A stretch of DNA of 54,686 bases, counting the filler, from Sphacelaria rigidula (lineage: Eukaryota): the NCBI GenBank assembly GCA_964200075.2. It is 5 parts of 5 records of this genome, joined end to end, with 100 filler letters (N's around TTAATTAATTAA, not from the genome) between each part and the next. Parts side by side here need not be neighbours in the genome. Positions count along the whole stretch, not along the records: positions 1 to 10,858 come from CAXNAA020005780.1; positions 10,959 to 21,816 come from CAXNAA020005781.1; 3 more parts are not named here. One strand, written 5' to 3'. Of the stretch, positions 1-11,975 are shown one piece after another. The translations under genes and the position numbers were made by a program. The stretch's first letter is position 1. Every line of letters starts with the position of its first letter. The notes below the pieces were generated by a model. That model saw only the letters and a list, made by a program, of their open reading frames with translations. It had not been told where the DNA came from and made no database searches.

Positions 1-786
1 TTGTTCTGGGTAGTTCTCCGCGAAGGAGAACAGCTGCCTATACACAACAAGTTCGTTACCGTCTATTACATACGGCCTCACCGCCGCTTGAACCGCTTCG
101 ACAAAGGGGTAGGCAGAAGTCATGCCTCTAGCTCCGTCTCTAGTCCCACAGCGTTGCCAGATTCAGTCGCCTTGTGAACATGACCACGGCTATATACCTT
201 TATTCCCGAATTTCCCCCGAGCACTACGTGTTAGTGTCATCGACTAGAGTTTCTATACGATCGTGACCTAAAACAAAATCCGGGGATGGGAGATCGGGTC
301 CACATAAAATGCAAGTAAATGATAAAATAATCGGGAAACCGAGCCCCGACCACTTGGGCTTTCTTTTGCTTTGAAGGCTTCTTCGTGGGCCAGGGCCAGG
401 GTACACCAACTTTGCAGTGACATCACTTCCGGCGACAGCCTCCCCACATTGGTCGTTCTGATGTGGTCGATAAATTTCGCCTCGCCCTGAGTGGACAGGT
501 CGCTCCCAGACTTGTTCATTATTATTTTGTCAACACATGATGAACCCCTTGTTAGTGAGCTTCAGTCCCAAAAGGGTTGAGGATGTTCGACTTATTATTC
601 CGTGTGTGCATGTCGTGTTACACATGTTGCGTGAATCAACAAATTGTGTACAACATTTCAACAGCAGCCCTGCTACTTTTCCCGACCAGTTCTGCGCATA
701 TTCCCCTCTGATTGCTGCGTGGAGAAAATTCTCTCTGAAATAGCACCGTTAATCCGATGGACTTAGATTCCATTTGCGATAAATAG

Positions 787-1083
787 GCCGCCACATGCTC
801 TCATCGATACGTTACGTTCGCACGTTACACCTGTCACTGATATATGGTATTAGATTTTCCACGTGACATTGGAACGTTTCTCCTCACGTTACATGCAACA
901 GAATATAACATTACATATTTCTCATATCACCAACACATGGTGAAGTGACCGTTCACTTTTCACATGGAACATTCACGTAACGTTACGCAAAAATAACGTT
1001 CCACACGAAACGTTACATGAACATCACATTATACAGCCGTGATCAACGTCACATAACCGTGAACATGCAACGTTCAAACCCTG
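787..1083. mobile_element. Right terminus of a diverged copy of the 15950-18544 element family (family B)
   Basis: ACGTTAC/ACGTGAC motif array colinear with 18329-18544 (gccgccacatgc~gccgcgacatgc; acattcacgtaacgtta shared), ending ...aacgttcaaaccctg like the family-B right TIR. Confidence 0.7.
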
Positions 1084-1525
1084 CGTTATATCCTCAATCG
1101 TCACAACAATGTTCATTCAGTTCTGTTCAGTTTAGTTTCAGATCATATTACTCCGCCTGACCATCTGTTCGAATCCGGACAACACTCGTATTCTGAGCAT
1201 CACGGTCGACTGACTTATCCGACGGCACCCATAAATCTTCCTTGGGGAACATTCTCGGAACTTTGCCCGAAGCATGAACATTCTTTGAAACAAGCGGAGA
1301 GATCCGTGAATGTTCCCCAAACAATGTCCAACAGCAACTTCACCACATGTTTTTGCGCCTGTCATGTATATCTTTATGCTTCACTCAGCACAACACATCA
1401 CATTGCAGTATATCACGTCACCGAATCACACGTTTCATCACTCCCGTGTTTTCGACAATGATCCTGGTGGTACCTATAAACATTCGAATATTCACTACAG
1501 TGTATTTTCGGGTCGCGTCATTTTC

Positions 1526-1550
1526 CACACACACACACACACACACACAC
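1526..1550. repeat. (CA)n microsatellite
   Basis: About 12 CA units seen directly. Confidence 0.95.
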
Positions 1551-1587
1551 GCCCCCGTCCTTCTTTTCCCACGCCCACATCATTTAC

Positions 1588-1776
1588 CTCATCGTACACC
1601 GCGTAGTCGAAGTCGAAGCCTCCCTTCATCTGTGTGTAGTCCAGCTTGCCCATTACTTCATCCCCTACGGGTCCCCTGAGTTTGGTCAGTGCCGTCTCGA
1701 GAGCCATGGGAGTGCCCACAATTGTCCGCAGCTCAATGTCGGGTCGATAGTAGATTTGGTCCATGCAGATAGCCAC
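1588..1776 (-). CDS. Internal exon (third of three found) of a DDX60/Ski2-like DExH helicase, motif Ib to motif II
   Basis: AG acceptor at 1778-1777 and GAG|GTAAAT donor; 63 codons VAICMDQIYYRPDIELRTIVGTP...FDYAVYDE; phase 0 matches the preceding exon; ends in the DE of DExH. Confidence 0.85.
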
Positions 1777-2613
1777 CTTTATTTTCCAGGTTGCAGTGTG
1801 GGTAAAGAAGGGGGATCAATACAGCAGCCAGTAACCCGTTGACCGCGAGGGTAGGTCATCCAAGTGATATCGATGCTGATTCAACAGATGACCTCTGCTC
1901 GTGGTCAAAAACTAAAAAAAAGAAAGGCTCGACACCCAAGACGAAGGACTTACATCTAGTGCATATAGTTATACTTCGTATACGTTTTGATCGATCGATT
2001 GAGCGATTGTCGTACATCAAGTGATCCCCGATATATCCAGCGGTGGTCATTATCCACAGAATAGACGTACGTACGAAAGGTGAACAACGCAAAACTCAAG
2101 AACGAGAGTACCTCATCCCTTTATATGTCTGTATTCAAGATATATATCCCGCTTTGTACCCGACTAGGGATGGGTAGGGAAAGTCAGTTCAACACGGACA
2201 TGGAAGTGTCCCTGTTTTGTCGTATCGGTTGCTGCTTCTGCCATTGATATCAGTCGGGCATCTTACGGTGTTTCCTAGTAATGCATTTGTATCTGCTTTT
2301 CTGTACTGTATCCTTGGGCTTCATCACTTCCGCACTTTCCTTCTTCTCTGTTCTCTCTCCATCCCTTTCTCCCTCTCCCTCTTCATGTATGTGTGTGTGT
2401 CATCCTGGTGTTTGCAAGTCGCATTGTGGTGCCTCACTTCCGTCGGGTTCATCAGTGAGAGCTTACACCCAAAAAAGTGTAGCCAAGGTAGCTGAGCCGC
2501 AATCTGTTACTACGTTGTTGTTTTTTTCATCATCACGATTGGGTAGACGTGAATGTATTTTTGCGCAAGACCTTTTTCCAACATGAAACCATGTCGCAGA
2601 GGCCGACCACTTC

Positions 2614-2985
2614 TGTGCTGTTGTGTTTTCATCCCATATATTTTGGACATCAGTCTACACCGTCCGGTATATGTGGGCGCATCAGCCGGAGTCACACAGA
2701 TGGTCAATACCCAGGTTTTTTCTTCAGTTCCTTTAGTTCTCCTCTCGTTTTAATTAGTACTCTGCCTTCCTTATGCGGTGCTTGACTCATCGTGAGAGGA
2801 GTCCAGCAGTCCCTTTCCGTCATCGACCGTGAAGTCGAACTTCGTGTACCCACGACATAGTCGCTCTCCACTGTTGGGCATCCTGTGAGAAAAAATCCAT
2901 GATCATGTTGACTGCACCGAGATTCGAGTATACGACCCAACCGTCAGGAGGTTTCGAGGTTACCAACAGAGCCACCGGGGATACC
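2614..2985 (-). mobile_element. tRNA-derived SINE, family S1
   Basis: Minus-strand head with A-box-like TGGCTCTGTTGG and degenerate B-box ACTCGAATCTC; body and tail recur at 9985-10218 and 21917-21989. Confidence 0.7.
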
Positions 2986-3642
2986 ACTCCTGCTTTTTTT
3001 TCTTTTCTTGCCCTAGTTCGGTTCGTTTGTTCTTGGTCTACTCTGTTCGTTTCACCCTCCTGTTCTCCTCACTTTTCTTCGGCGAACGTATCCGTTTTGT
3101 CTATCTAATGATCACGGTTCTATCCCTCGGAGATCAGTCCATGTGTGACAGTATTACCAATCAATCAAAATCAATCACACCCTGGATGATGCCAGTACAT
3201 AACGTTGTCGACAAGTGTACTGCATACATTATCGATCATTGCGTCTATTATAATTGAACAACAGATTTCATACTGTACGCAGTACACATCTTGACGAGGC
3301 AGCCTTTCGCCCAGGATTTGAGACTAAAAATCACTCGAAGTCATGGCACCGACCAATAGGTGAAGTGCTGAACTGGTTACTCGGGGATGGGTTAATGTGC
3401 CAGATGATGTGCGACAACCCATCAATCGTCGTTGCACATTTCATTTTTCCACACCCCGAAACATACGCAGTGCATTTTCTCATCGCAGCCATTGACCACA
3501 TCTTGTCCAAATTGTACTGCGTGAAGTACCGGACAATTGCAACCATTGCCGGTTCGACAATAGTTGCAACAAGCCTATACTTCACGCAGTACATTTTCTA
3601 TTACAAAGATCGACCACAACTCGTCCTGGATGTGCACTATTC

Positions 3643-3901
3643 CAAGGGTCGGATAAATTAATGATTCGTCTGGAAGTTACTTGGTTTTAGTGTGTTTGAT
3701 TCGAATCGTCCGAATCATTCCCTAGGCCTTGTTTTCAGCGTTACAACCCAGGCACACGCAGCCCAGACGCGTAGAATGGCGCAAAAGTTGCGTCGATACC
3801 CCTTGGACCAGCGGTCGACTTCTTTCCTCGCTTTTGGGCAATCAGGCCGAAGAAACCGTGGATATGGTGATTCGAACCCGTGACGATTCGTCCTAACCGT
3901 G
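3643..3901. mobile_element. 259-bp MITE, family A, uninterrupted copy
   Basis: Imperfect TIRs CAAGGGTCGGATAAAT / ATTCGTCCTAACCGTG; perfect 8-bp TSD CACTATTC (3635-3642, 3902-3909); homologous interrupted copy at 15912-18772. Confidence 0.9.
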
Positions 3902-4854
3902 CACTATTCTACCAACACACGCCGGCGGTCCGACCAGTAAATCACAAGGGCCATTCTCAACGTCAAAACTTTCGAATGCCCAACTTCTTTTGCCCTCATG
4001 CTAGAATGCGCGCCTTGTGAGGGGGATACTGCCACAACGCCACAGAAAGGACGAAAATAAGGCACATGACGCGCGCCTGATTTGCGTCGAAAGAGCTAGA
4101 AAGATGAAAAAGCTTACAAAAAGAAGTACAAGAGCTCAATCGCGGGGAAAAACGCGCACACGGAACTAAAGCCTACTAAACACATGAACCAACCCTGAGC
4201 CAGTCAGAGACTTTCAAAATACTATTCCGAAATTCGATCGACCCGGGGCTGAATGGCCCGTTCTCACCTCAATTGTGAGAGTTGGGCTCTAAATTCTGGT
4301 GCGGAGAATGCATAGGGCATAATGATAATGAAAGAAACTCTGGAAATTGAGTGCTTTTTCTTCTCAACGATTTGAAGACAAAATCAGTTTTCAGTTTTTC
4401 AGTAAAATGCCGTTGACTCACGAAGAAAGAAAACAAAACTACCGTCCGGATGTTTTTGATGATTGTGCCCTTTTTATTCTCCGTACCAAATTTCAAGGTC
4501 CAATTCTGAAGGTTGACGTGAGGCATGGCCTGGAGACTACAAATTTGCATCTAGGCTAGACCAGTTCGTGTAATCGGTGGAAATCTGACGATGCGAATTC
4601 CCCACTTCACCGAAATGGTACGTTTCGGGGTATAACTCGATCCCATACAAATCGATTAAAAAAATATTGCGTTGGATCCCCTCGCTGATGGCAGCTACCA
4701 AGGCTTGATTTGGGATAGTATTGGGTATAAAGTGAGCCGGATTTTCACATTTTTATTTCAGAACCATTTCAAGGCCCCTGATTATCCGAGAACCATACTC
4801 ACTGCAAGCGCCACGGCAAAGGGCACAAGAAAATATCTGGCCATGTCACACCGC

Positions 4855-5164
4855 GCCCCGGTGGTGTTATGGTCCGACTGTCGTCATTAGGGTGAAGGGA
4901 ACAAGGGTTCGATTCCCGATGCGTTGGGATTTTTTTTCGTAATGTATGACTTTCACCGTGGAAAGCGTGAGGACGTGAGTAAATAAAGTAGTTGGCTGAG
5001 TTCGGGTGACGTGAGTTGACGCGGTGCGGGGGTGCTGACCCAATCCGCGAGACCAAAATGTAAGGCGCGTACCGGGGAGAGATGGGTTAATCCCTTGAGA
5101 CCACGGACTCATCCCGAGGAAGGGGGAGGGGTTCAAAGTACGAACAAACGAAACAAAACAAAAC
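4855..5164 (+). mobile_element. tRNA-derived SINE, family S2
   Basis: A-box-like TGGTGTTATGG, B-box GGTTCGATTCC at 4906-4916, A-rich (AAAC)n tail; 3' ~70 nt shared with 11871-11940. Confidence 0.75.
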
Positions 5165-5411
5165 TGCTCGCATGCTCGTGGGGGTCACCGTGATACCAAA
5201 TATGTTTCCATCGGCTCAGTTTCGTGTTCAGTATCTAGCGGGGAATAGATCTCGGGCTCTCACCCTGACACACCCTCTATATCTTCCGGGGTACCTCGAC
5301 AACAGAAAAATCATTCTGAGAAGGGGGTGTGGGGGTGGTAGGGGCGAGACAAGCGCGAACACTGGAGAATGACACTGCAAACGTCAAGTACTACACACTC
5401 GAGAAGCCAAC

Positions 5412-6955
5412 CACACGTCGGACAGACCACCATCTTTGTCACTCGGGTCATAGAGGTAGAATGTAAACAAATTTGTGAACACGGTTCGAATGACACAGTA
5501 CAACTAGTTATGGAACGGCCCTCGTGTTCCGGGTATCATCGATCGCGACGGATATTTCAAACGAGTTGTGGGGTACACAGGTTGTTGTTGGAGCTTCCAG
5601 TACACCTGATTCGGATTACACAAGCGTGCCTAAGAAGGCGATGTACGGAAAAAAAAGAGTATACAAATCACCTATGGAGACCCTGGTACGAATACTCGGG
5701 TTATACAGATCACAATAAATCGGCCTGGTACGAATCACAGGGCCATACAGATCCTTCACTAGCCCATGTGTATAGAGCAAGCGGGTTTTTCAGGTCACCA
5801 ACCGAGAAAATTTGTATAGCTTAAACGGGCCATACGGATACAGATCAATCGCAGATCGCAAAGGTCATACGCTTGATCATCTGGCAGGCTTGTGAGGGCC
5901 ACCCGTGCTCCCTCATCGCCGGCAACGTATACGTCGATGACCCTTCCCTGAAAAGTTTTGTCCGATGCTGACCGAACAGCGTCGTGATGAGTCAATTGAG
6001 GATATAGCTATATCTTGTTTCTTCCTTTTAACGCGGCGCATGAGCGCGCGCCCTGAACGAGAAATACGAAAACAGTCGGCCATACTTTCGCCGGCACAAC
6101 TGAATATGCGTCTCATCTACGCGAATCACAACCATCATTCCTCACCACTTCTGCTACTGCTACCGGAGGAAAGAAGTCCAAGTGACGTTTTGCCATGACG
6201 TTTAGCGCTAAGAGCACACTAAAAAAATGCCACCACGTGAAGTCAACGCGGATGCTCGGAGGCCACTGCTGTACTAATTATTTGAGTGTGAACTGGTTGA
6301 GTATTGCCATCAGCGAAGCGATGCGTGTTGTGCGACATCACCTCGCTTCTTATGCTCTTGACATATCTGCACTGTGTTGAGCATGCGAGCAGATCAAAGC
6401 ATCACAGTGATACTCGTACACTTCACCAATCAGTCCTGCAAATAAATATACGTACTTCATGTTTCATGTGCCCGGGCGGCTACAGTCAACCTACGCACTT
6501 GTCAACATGCACAATGTACCCGGGCCATGCCGGTTAGCAGTTGAGGAATACTGGATACTATTTCTTGCATACTTTATCTGGATCTTACAGAGCGGGAAAC
6601 TGTTCATTGTATGCTAGATTCGGATTCCAAGAGTAACGGGTAGCTTTTGATACACATGAGATTCAAATCACGCGGGTCGATGAGAAGCTGCTGCGTTTGC
6701 CTGAGCCGAGATACATAGATGACAACGATATGATGTTGTACAGATGACACAGTTCTGCAGATCAGCTGTACACGAAAGTGCGCGTGAAGCGGGTCGTACA
6801 GCTCGTCGCCCGGCAAAACTGTACGGGTCAAGTGGGTCCTACAGATCATCGTCGGACAAGCGTGCACGGGTAACAGCACACCTCGGACAGATCACCATCT
6901 ATGCCCCCAAATGAACCGACCCGCATCTGTCACGAGCTGATCTGTCCGACGTGTG
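5412..6955. mobile_element. 1544-bp non-autonomous TIR DNA transposon, family C
   Basis: Perfect 15-bp TIR CACACGTCGGACAGA; TSD AAGCCAAC / AACCCAAC (7/8); internal ACAGATC motifs; no transposase ORF seen. Confidence 0.85.
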
Positions 6956-7319
6956 AACCCAACCAAAACGTGGAAAAACAACGACTGACTGCTGCACGTG
7001 AAACACATGCCATTCATGACAAGAAAACAACATGTTCGCACATGCAAACATGTTTACCATGGGAAGTCTGGGATTGGTTACTCATACTCTCGCATGCTTT
7101 AGTTACTGGACCATTAATCTCGCATCTCTACAAGTCCGGGACGGAGCACGCCGGGTTTTCGCCGGACCAGGGGATTAGTGGGGTGGGGTAAGGTGGGGGG
7201 AGTACGGTGCACTTACACCAGAAAAAACACCAGACTTATAATCGCCTGACATATGAATCATCACCATTTCCAAAACAATGATCGACGCACGGGAAAATGA
7301 CTGTCAAAAACACACGCAC

Positions 7320-7428
7320 CTGTCCTCGGAGGAGCTTGTTGAACAGCGCGGCAACCTGCCAAACCAGCGGCTCGGTCGGCACCACGAACAAAATCTTACC
7401 CGATGCTCCCGCCGCCACAGTTACGTAC
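7320..7428 (-). CDS. Internal exon (second) of the DDX60/Ski2-like helicase, motif Ia
   Basis: tacAG acceptor and CAG|GTGCGT donor; YVTVAAGASGKILFVVPTEPLVWQVAALFNKLLRGQ resembles the Ski2-family motif Ia (PTxALVxQ); phases match both neighbouring exons. Confidence 0.9.
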
Positions 7429-7692
7429 CTGTACCAAAGAAAGCGCCGATTAGAAAATACACAAAAAGGGGGCAAAAGAGTGATCGTTACCCGTATTATT
7501 TACGAAGTGCTGGACAAACAAGCAAAACAATAATTGTCTTCACATGAATACCTCACCCCGGGGCACAAGAACTTCGATTTCCGCACGAAGGTCGGAGCGA
7601 ACGCACAGGTATGTGAAAAAAAAAATCAAAATGGTGCGCAAGGTAGTGCCCTGACCAACAATATTCATCGACACATACAAAGCTGTGCTCAC

Positions 7693-7827
7693 GTGGAAAT
7701 GATAGTCTTGCCCGATGATGTGGGCGCGCAGACGATCGCCGAGTGCTTCTTGTCCACCTCCCTCAGCACGCGCTTCTGCCACTCGTCCAGCTTCCAGCCG
7801 GACGTGAACCGCGACAGTGGGGGAAGG
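7693..7827 (-). CDS. Internal exon (first found) of the DDX60/Ski2-like helicase, Q-motif region and Walker A
   Basis: cacAG acceptor and AC|GTGAGC donor; LPPLSRFTSGWKLDEWQKRVLREVDKKHSAIVCAPTSSGKTIIS, where APTSSGKT is the DDX60-type motif I; this frame is absent from the ORF track. Confidence 0.92.
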
Positions 7828-8046
7828 CTGTGCTCCCAACCCGACATGGCACGCACAAAAAGAGGTGGATGGGGGGGGGGTTGGGACGGAAAGTAGGCAT
7901 GAGACGATCACGTTAATATTTTGCCACTGAATATCCGAGAACAAATCGACAAATGGTTGTTGTATTTACGAGGATACATTTGTATTATAAGCTGTACACG
8001 CAAGAATCCCGGCTGGGGGTTGGCAGCAACTCCTCATGCCATTTCT

Positions 8047-9092
8047 CACACCGTGGACAACAGATTATGATATGACGCTGTCAAACAGTGTACAACGGTT
8101 TCCAGCCGGAAGAGGGAAATTTTGTACTTTGTCCGTAGCCGGCGATTTTCATTAGTTTTTCACATTCCACCGCCCATCCTAGTGGACGCTTACTCCCGTC
8201 GTTGAGAAATCGTGAGATACTGGGCATCCGCTCCACATTCCGAAACGAAATTAATATTTGCGCTCAACATTGAACGACCCTCGGCCTGAATTGAAAGGGG
8301 GGTGTTGTTGGCTGTTTTTGGTCCGAAACACATTTCTTTTCGGCTTGAGCGCAATGAACAGGTAAAAATAATGTATAAGAGTCTTTCCAAGCAATCTCGA
8401 CACCGATCAAGATGTTTCATCCCCCCTCTGTGCTCTTCATTCTGGGCAATTTTCGTTTGTGAGTACTGATTTTTTTTATATAGTATTTTTCCTCAGCACT
8501 CGAAAGTCCTGGCGTCGATAGATATTAGGAAAAGAAGCACGTCGTGCTCAGGACAAGATGCTCAATTGGCATTGTCAGGTTGATACGGAAGTGAGTACCT
8601 CGTTCGTCGGGGGGTGTTATCGACCATCAAGGGTTGAAAAAACATACTTTTTTGGGTGCAATGACCAGGTGAAAATTCAAAACAACATTGTTCTTCATTG
8701 TTCACGAAAATTATCACGTCTGCTTCAATCGAGCAAAAATACCCGAGGGTCAGAACCTGGAGTTGGGTAATCGCAGGACCCCCTGGAAACCGTCAGTCCG
8801 AAAGTCGCTCAATATTGAGTTCGGAGATTGATTCCTCTAGGAATGTGGAGCGAATGTCTGGTGTCTCCCGATTACCAAACTTTGAGATCAAACTTTTTCT
8901 GGGATGAGTGGTGGCACGCGAGAAAACTTGACGAAAATCACCGACTACGAAAGAGTTACAAAATCCCTTATTTCAGCCCAAAAACACTGTACCGCGTACA
9001 GTGTCGACTCTTGCGTCTGTTGACAGTAGACAAAATATTCAGTACTGTACGCAGTACACCTTACAATAATGTAATATTTTGTTCAGGGTGAG
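8047..9092. mobile_element. Possible old TIR element with family-D-like termini
   Basis: CACACCGTGGACAACAGATTA vs reverse complement of right end CTCACCCTGAACAAAATATTA (16/21); flanks only partly match as a TSD. Confidence 0.35.
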
Positions 9093-9984
9093 CATTTTTC
9101 AGAGTAACGAGACCAAATTTTACCTACGTACGTTGGAGGGGCAGTCCGAGGCCGCCCGTAGTGGCGTCATTGCGTCCCGGTTGGTTCTAACGGTTTCTTG
9201 GGGTACCCAGTTTCCAGGCCGTGTCGTAGATTTGTTAGGGGAAACTTCACAGACGTGAATCGTACAGGAAGACCCGAGGTGGTCCACATGGGGTTCTGTC
9301 ATCCCCGTGTCTGTTTCATCGGTTTCTCGCGGGTTCCCAGTCGTTTTTCGTGAACGGGGACCCCAAGAAATCACCACGATGGAGCAAGGTAATGACTCGA
9401 TGATGGCACACGAGCGACGCCGGACTGTCCTTGTCCTTCAGCGATACAGCGTATGTTACATTTTATGTTGCAATTTCACAGAACGGCCTGAGGAAAAAAG
9501 CCAAATTCTTGTTCCGGGAATACTGTTCCGAGAATATGATACACTCTGGTCCACCAGAACCTCTGAAAAATTGCACTTCGCCCACTCCTCACGTCACTCC
9601 CAGGGGTCAGGGGGATACAATGTTACGCACATAAAACTCGACCGAATTCCGAGGCCCCTCGTGACCGTAAAAGACAATTTTGGCTAGGTTCAACCTGATT
9701 TTAAAGGGTTCTCAGCCCCGCCTCCAACCCGCCGAGGGCGGTGCCCCACCTAAACTTTACAGAATCCGTGAACAAAAAAGAGGGTAAAAACAGCTGGAAC
9801 GAAGGGGGAGACTTGAGGCTTCGCTCGAAGACCGCGCGTGCAAAACTTCTCGTCTCAAATATATTTTTACGCAGCCTCGGAAGCAGAGCATAAGCCAAAA
9901 CTGCTGGGAGAATGTGCGTACACGCAGTGATCGGAGCCCCCAACATACCACTTACACCGTGCGAAAATCACGTTTCATAAACGC

Positions 9985-10218
9985 GGGCACACGAAGTTCG
10001 ACTTCACGTTCGACACGAGATAGGGACCGCTATACTCTTCTCGCAACCAAAAGTGAGGCAAGCACATCGTACAAGTAAGGTGGAGTGTCAAGACAAGAAG
10101 ATAAAAAGAACTTGCAAAACTTCTGTGGTGACCTCTATCCTGTGACCCAGCTGATGCGCTCTCCTATATACCGAAAGGCGTAGACTGATGAGCAGACTAC
10201 ATAAGGATGGCAAACACA
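9985..10218 (+). mobile_element. 5'-truncated SINE S1 copy
   Basis: cacgaagttcgacttcacg and tataccgaaaggcgtagactg match the reverse complement of 2614-2850. Confidence 0.7.
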
Positions 10219-10496
10219 TGAACGCGAGCAACTCGAGGCTTCATGCGGAAACACACGATCCAAACGTTTGTCTCGTAACTCTCGACAACGTACTGACAAA
10301 TGACGCAAGCGAGAATATGTTTCGAAATTAGGAAGGGTGGAGGTGGGGGGGGGGGGGGGGGGGGGGAGGGGCCCCCCCCCCCCAAGATTTTCCCAATTTT
10401 TTGTGGGAAAGCCCCGTTGTTTGGTATGTCCTTTTTTTTTAATGNNNNNNNNNNGTCGGGTGGTTCTCCCACCACCGCGAGGAGAAAATTTTGTGG

Positions 10497-10535
<39 letters not shown>

Positions 10536-10639
10536 TACGGCCGCACCACCACAAGAATCTCGCAAATCTTCGACGGTAAGCCACAGTATGTGATGAGACC
10601 TCATTTTTGAACGCTTGTGGGGACGTCTGCGACATTTTG

Positions 10640-10765
10640 CAAGGGTTGGACTAATAATGTTTTCATCTGAAAATTACACAGGCACCGTAGGTAAGGTACC
10701 GTACCGAGCGTCCCCACGGTATTTATTGGGGTATCCCGTACCGTGGTGATACTTTCTACGATACC
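10640..10765 (+). mobile_element. 5' 38 bp of MITE family A followed by the start of a different TACCG/CGGTA-motif element at 10679
   Basis: CAAGGGTTGGACTAATAATGTTTTCATCTGAAAATTAC aligns to 3643-3680 and 15912-15949, then switches to CAGGCACCGTAGGTAAGGTACCGTACCG; lies near a low-quality contig end. Confidence 0.5.
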
Positions 10766-10858
10766 CCCCCCCCCAAAAAAAAAACCAAGGCGTATGGCCC
10801 GGCTCGGAGGGGGAGGGGGGGGAAAGGGCAGCGGGGTAAGGAAAACAAAAAAAGAGAA

Positions 10859-10958
10859 NNNNNNNNNNNNNNNNNNNNNNNNNNNNNNNNNNNNNNNNNN
10901 NNTTAATTAATTAANNNNNNNNNNNNNNNNNNNNNNNNNNNNNNNNNNNNNNNNNNNN
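10859..10958. other. Artificial contig linker
   Basis: N44-TTAATTAATTAA-N44 (stops in all six frames). Confidence 0.99.
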
Positions 10959-11396
10959 CCTAGGGCAAGCAGTATCATGACTACACCCCCCCCCCCCTCC
11001 CTGTTCTCCCCCTTATGCAGGTATAATCGTAGAGAATATACGACTAATTTTATTTTGAGATGAATTGCGTAGAGAGCGCGAAGGCTTCAAGAGCAAAACT
11101 CCCCCACCTCCTCTGTGGCAGGATAGAGGGTAGGTGGATACAACAGTTGAAATCATTGCACCGTGTTTGCGAGAAGCTTGTGAGTGATACCTATGATTTG
11201 CTGTATGGTTAAAACGTTAATGACAGAGCTCCCTCTGTCCCCCCCTTCCCCTTCCCCCTTCCCCGTTGCCCCCCCCCCCGAGAGTTGGCGTCGGTTGGGA
11301 ACGACGCTGGAAAACACGGCACTCACTGCGTAATCTAGGCAATCAAGTCACCCTTCCTTTTTCTTTCCGCTCACGTTTTGATCGCGGTAACCATTA

Positions 11397-11975
11397 TGGT
11401 GGCCGAGTTAGATCATTTTGTGCGGGATGAAGAACCTGAACTCCACGCAAAGGGGGTGGTCGTACTACGTAGTGTTCACATGGTGACATACCCAAGAGGC
11501 AGTGTGCAACCCGTGGCTGTCTCTAGAGGCGGAGATACCAGAATATGACACAATTAATCCATATGCAAGATAATCAGTACCCTTGGGGTGGAACAGTCTT
11601 GGCAGGATGCAGGTCACCCTTCATGCGACTCGCCAAACACATCACGGTGCTTTGCGCTTGGTGGTTGATTGCGGGCATGGTTCGGCGAAAACTTGGCGTG
11701 CTCCGTCCCGGCTTTGTTGGGATGCGAGGTCAATGGTCGTTTGGCTACGGCATGCGAGATCACAAGTACCCCCCCTCCCCCCCCCTCCCTCCCTCTTCCT
11801 CTGCCGCTCACTTGTTTTAGGTGCAGTGGGGATTCCACCATAGTGCGATCAAAATCACTACTGACAAGCCCGGGGAGAGATTGCTTGATCCCTTGACACC
11901 ATGTACTCGTTCCAAAGAAGGGGGGGGTTTCAAAGTGCGACCAGTAAAACAATAGTGTAACAAAAACAGCAATAA
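11397..11975 (+). mobile_element. SINE-like or LINE-tail element sharing its 3' end with SINE S2
   Basis: 11871-11940 aligns with 5073-5142 and is followed by an A-rich tail; A-box-like TGGCCGAGTT near 11400; 5' boundary uncertain. Confidence 0.45.

Noticed and set aside
1-740. Possible transposase remnant on the minus strand inside the family-B-like element (GLETELEA / YPFVEAVQAAVRPYVIDGNELVVY)
   Set aside because: Fragmented by stops and frameshifts with no diagnostic motif I can defend; needs blastx
4855-4920. tRNA gene
   Set aside because: A and B boxes are present, but there is no convincing cloverleaf and it continues into a SINE body and A-rich tail
10330-10535. Apparent duplication around poly-G tracts and poly-Pro/poly-Gly ORFs
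   Set aside because: The sequences on either side of the N9 gap are garbled versions of the true flanks, typical of read degradation after a G homopolymer; assembly artefact
10903-10914. TTAATTAATTAA motif repeated four times at ~10.96-kb spacing
   Set aside because: Synthetic six-frame stop linker embedded in Ns
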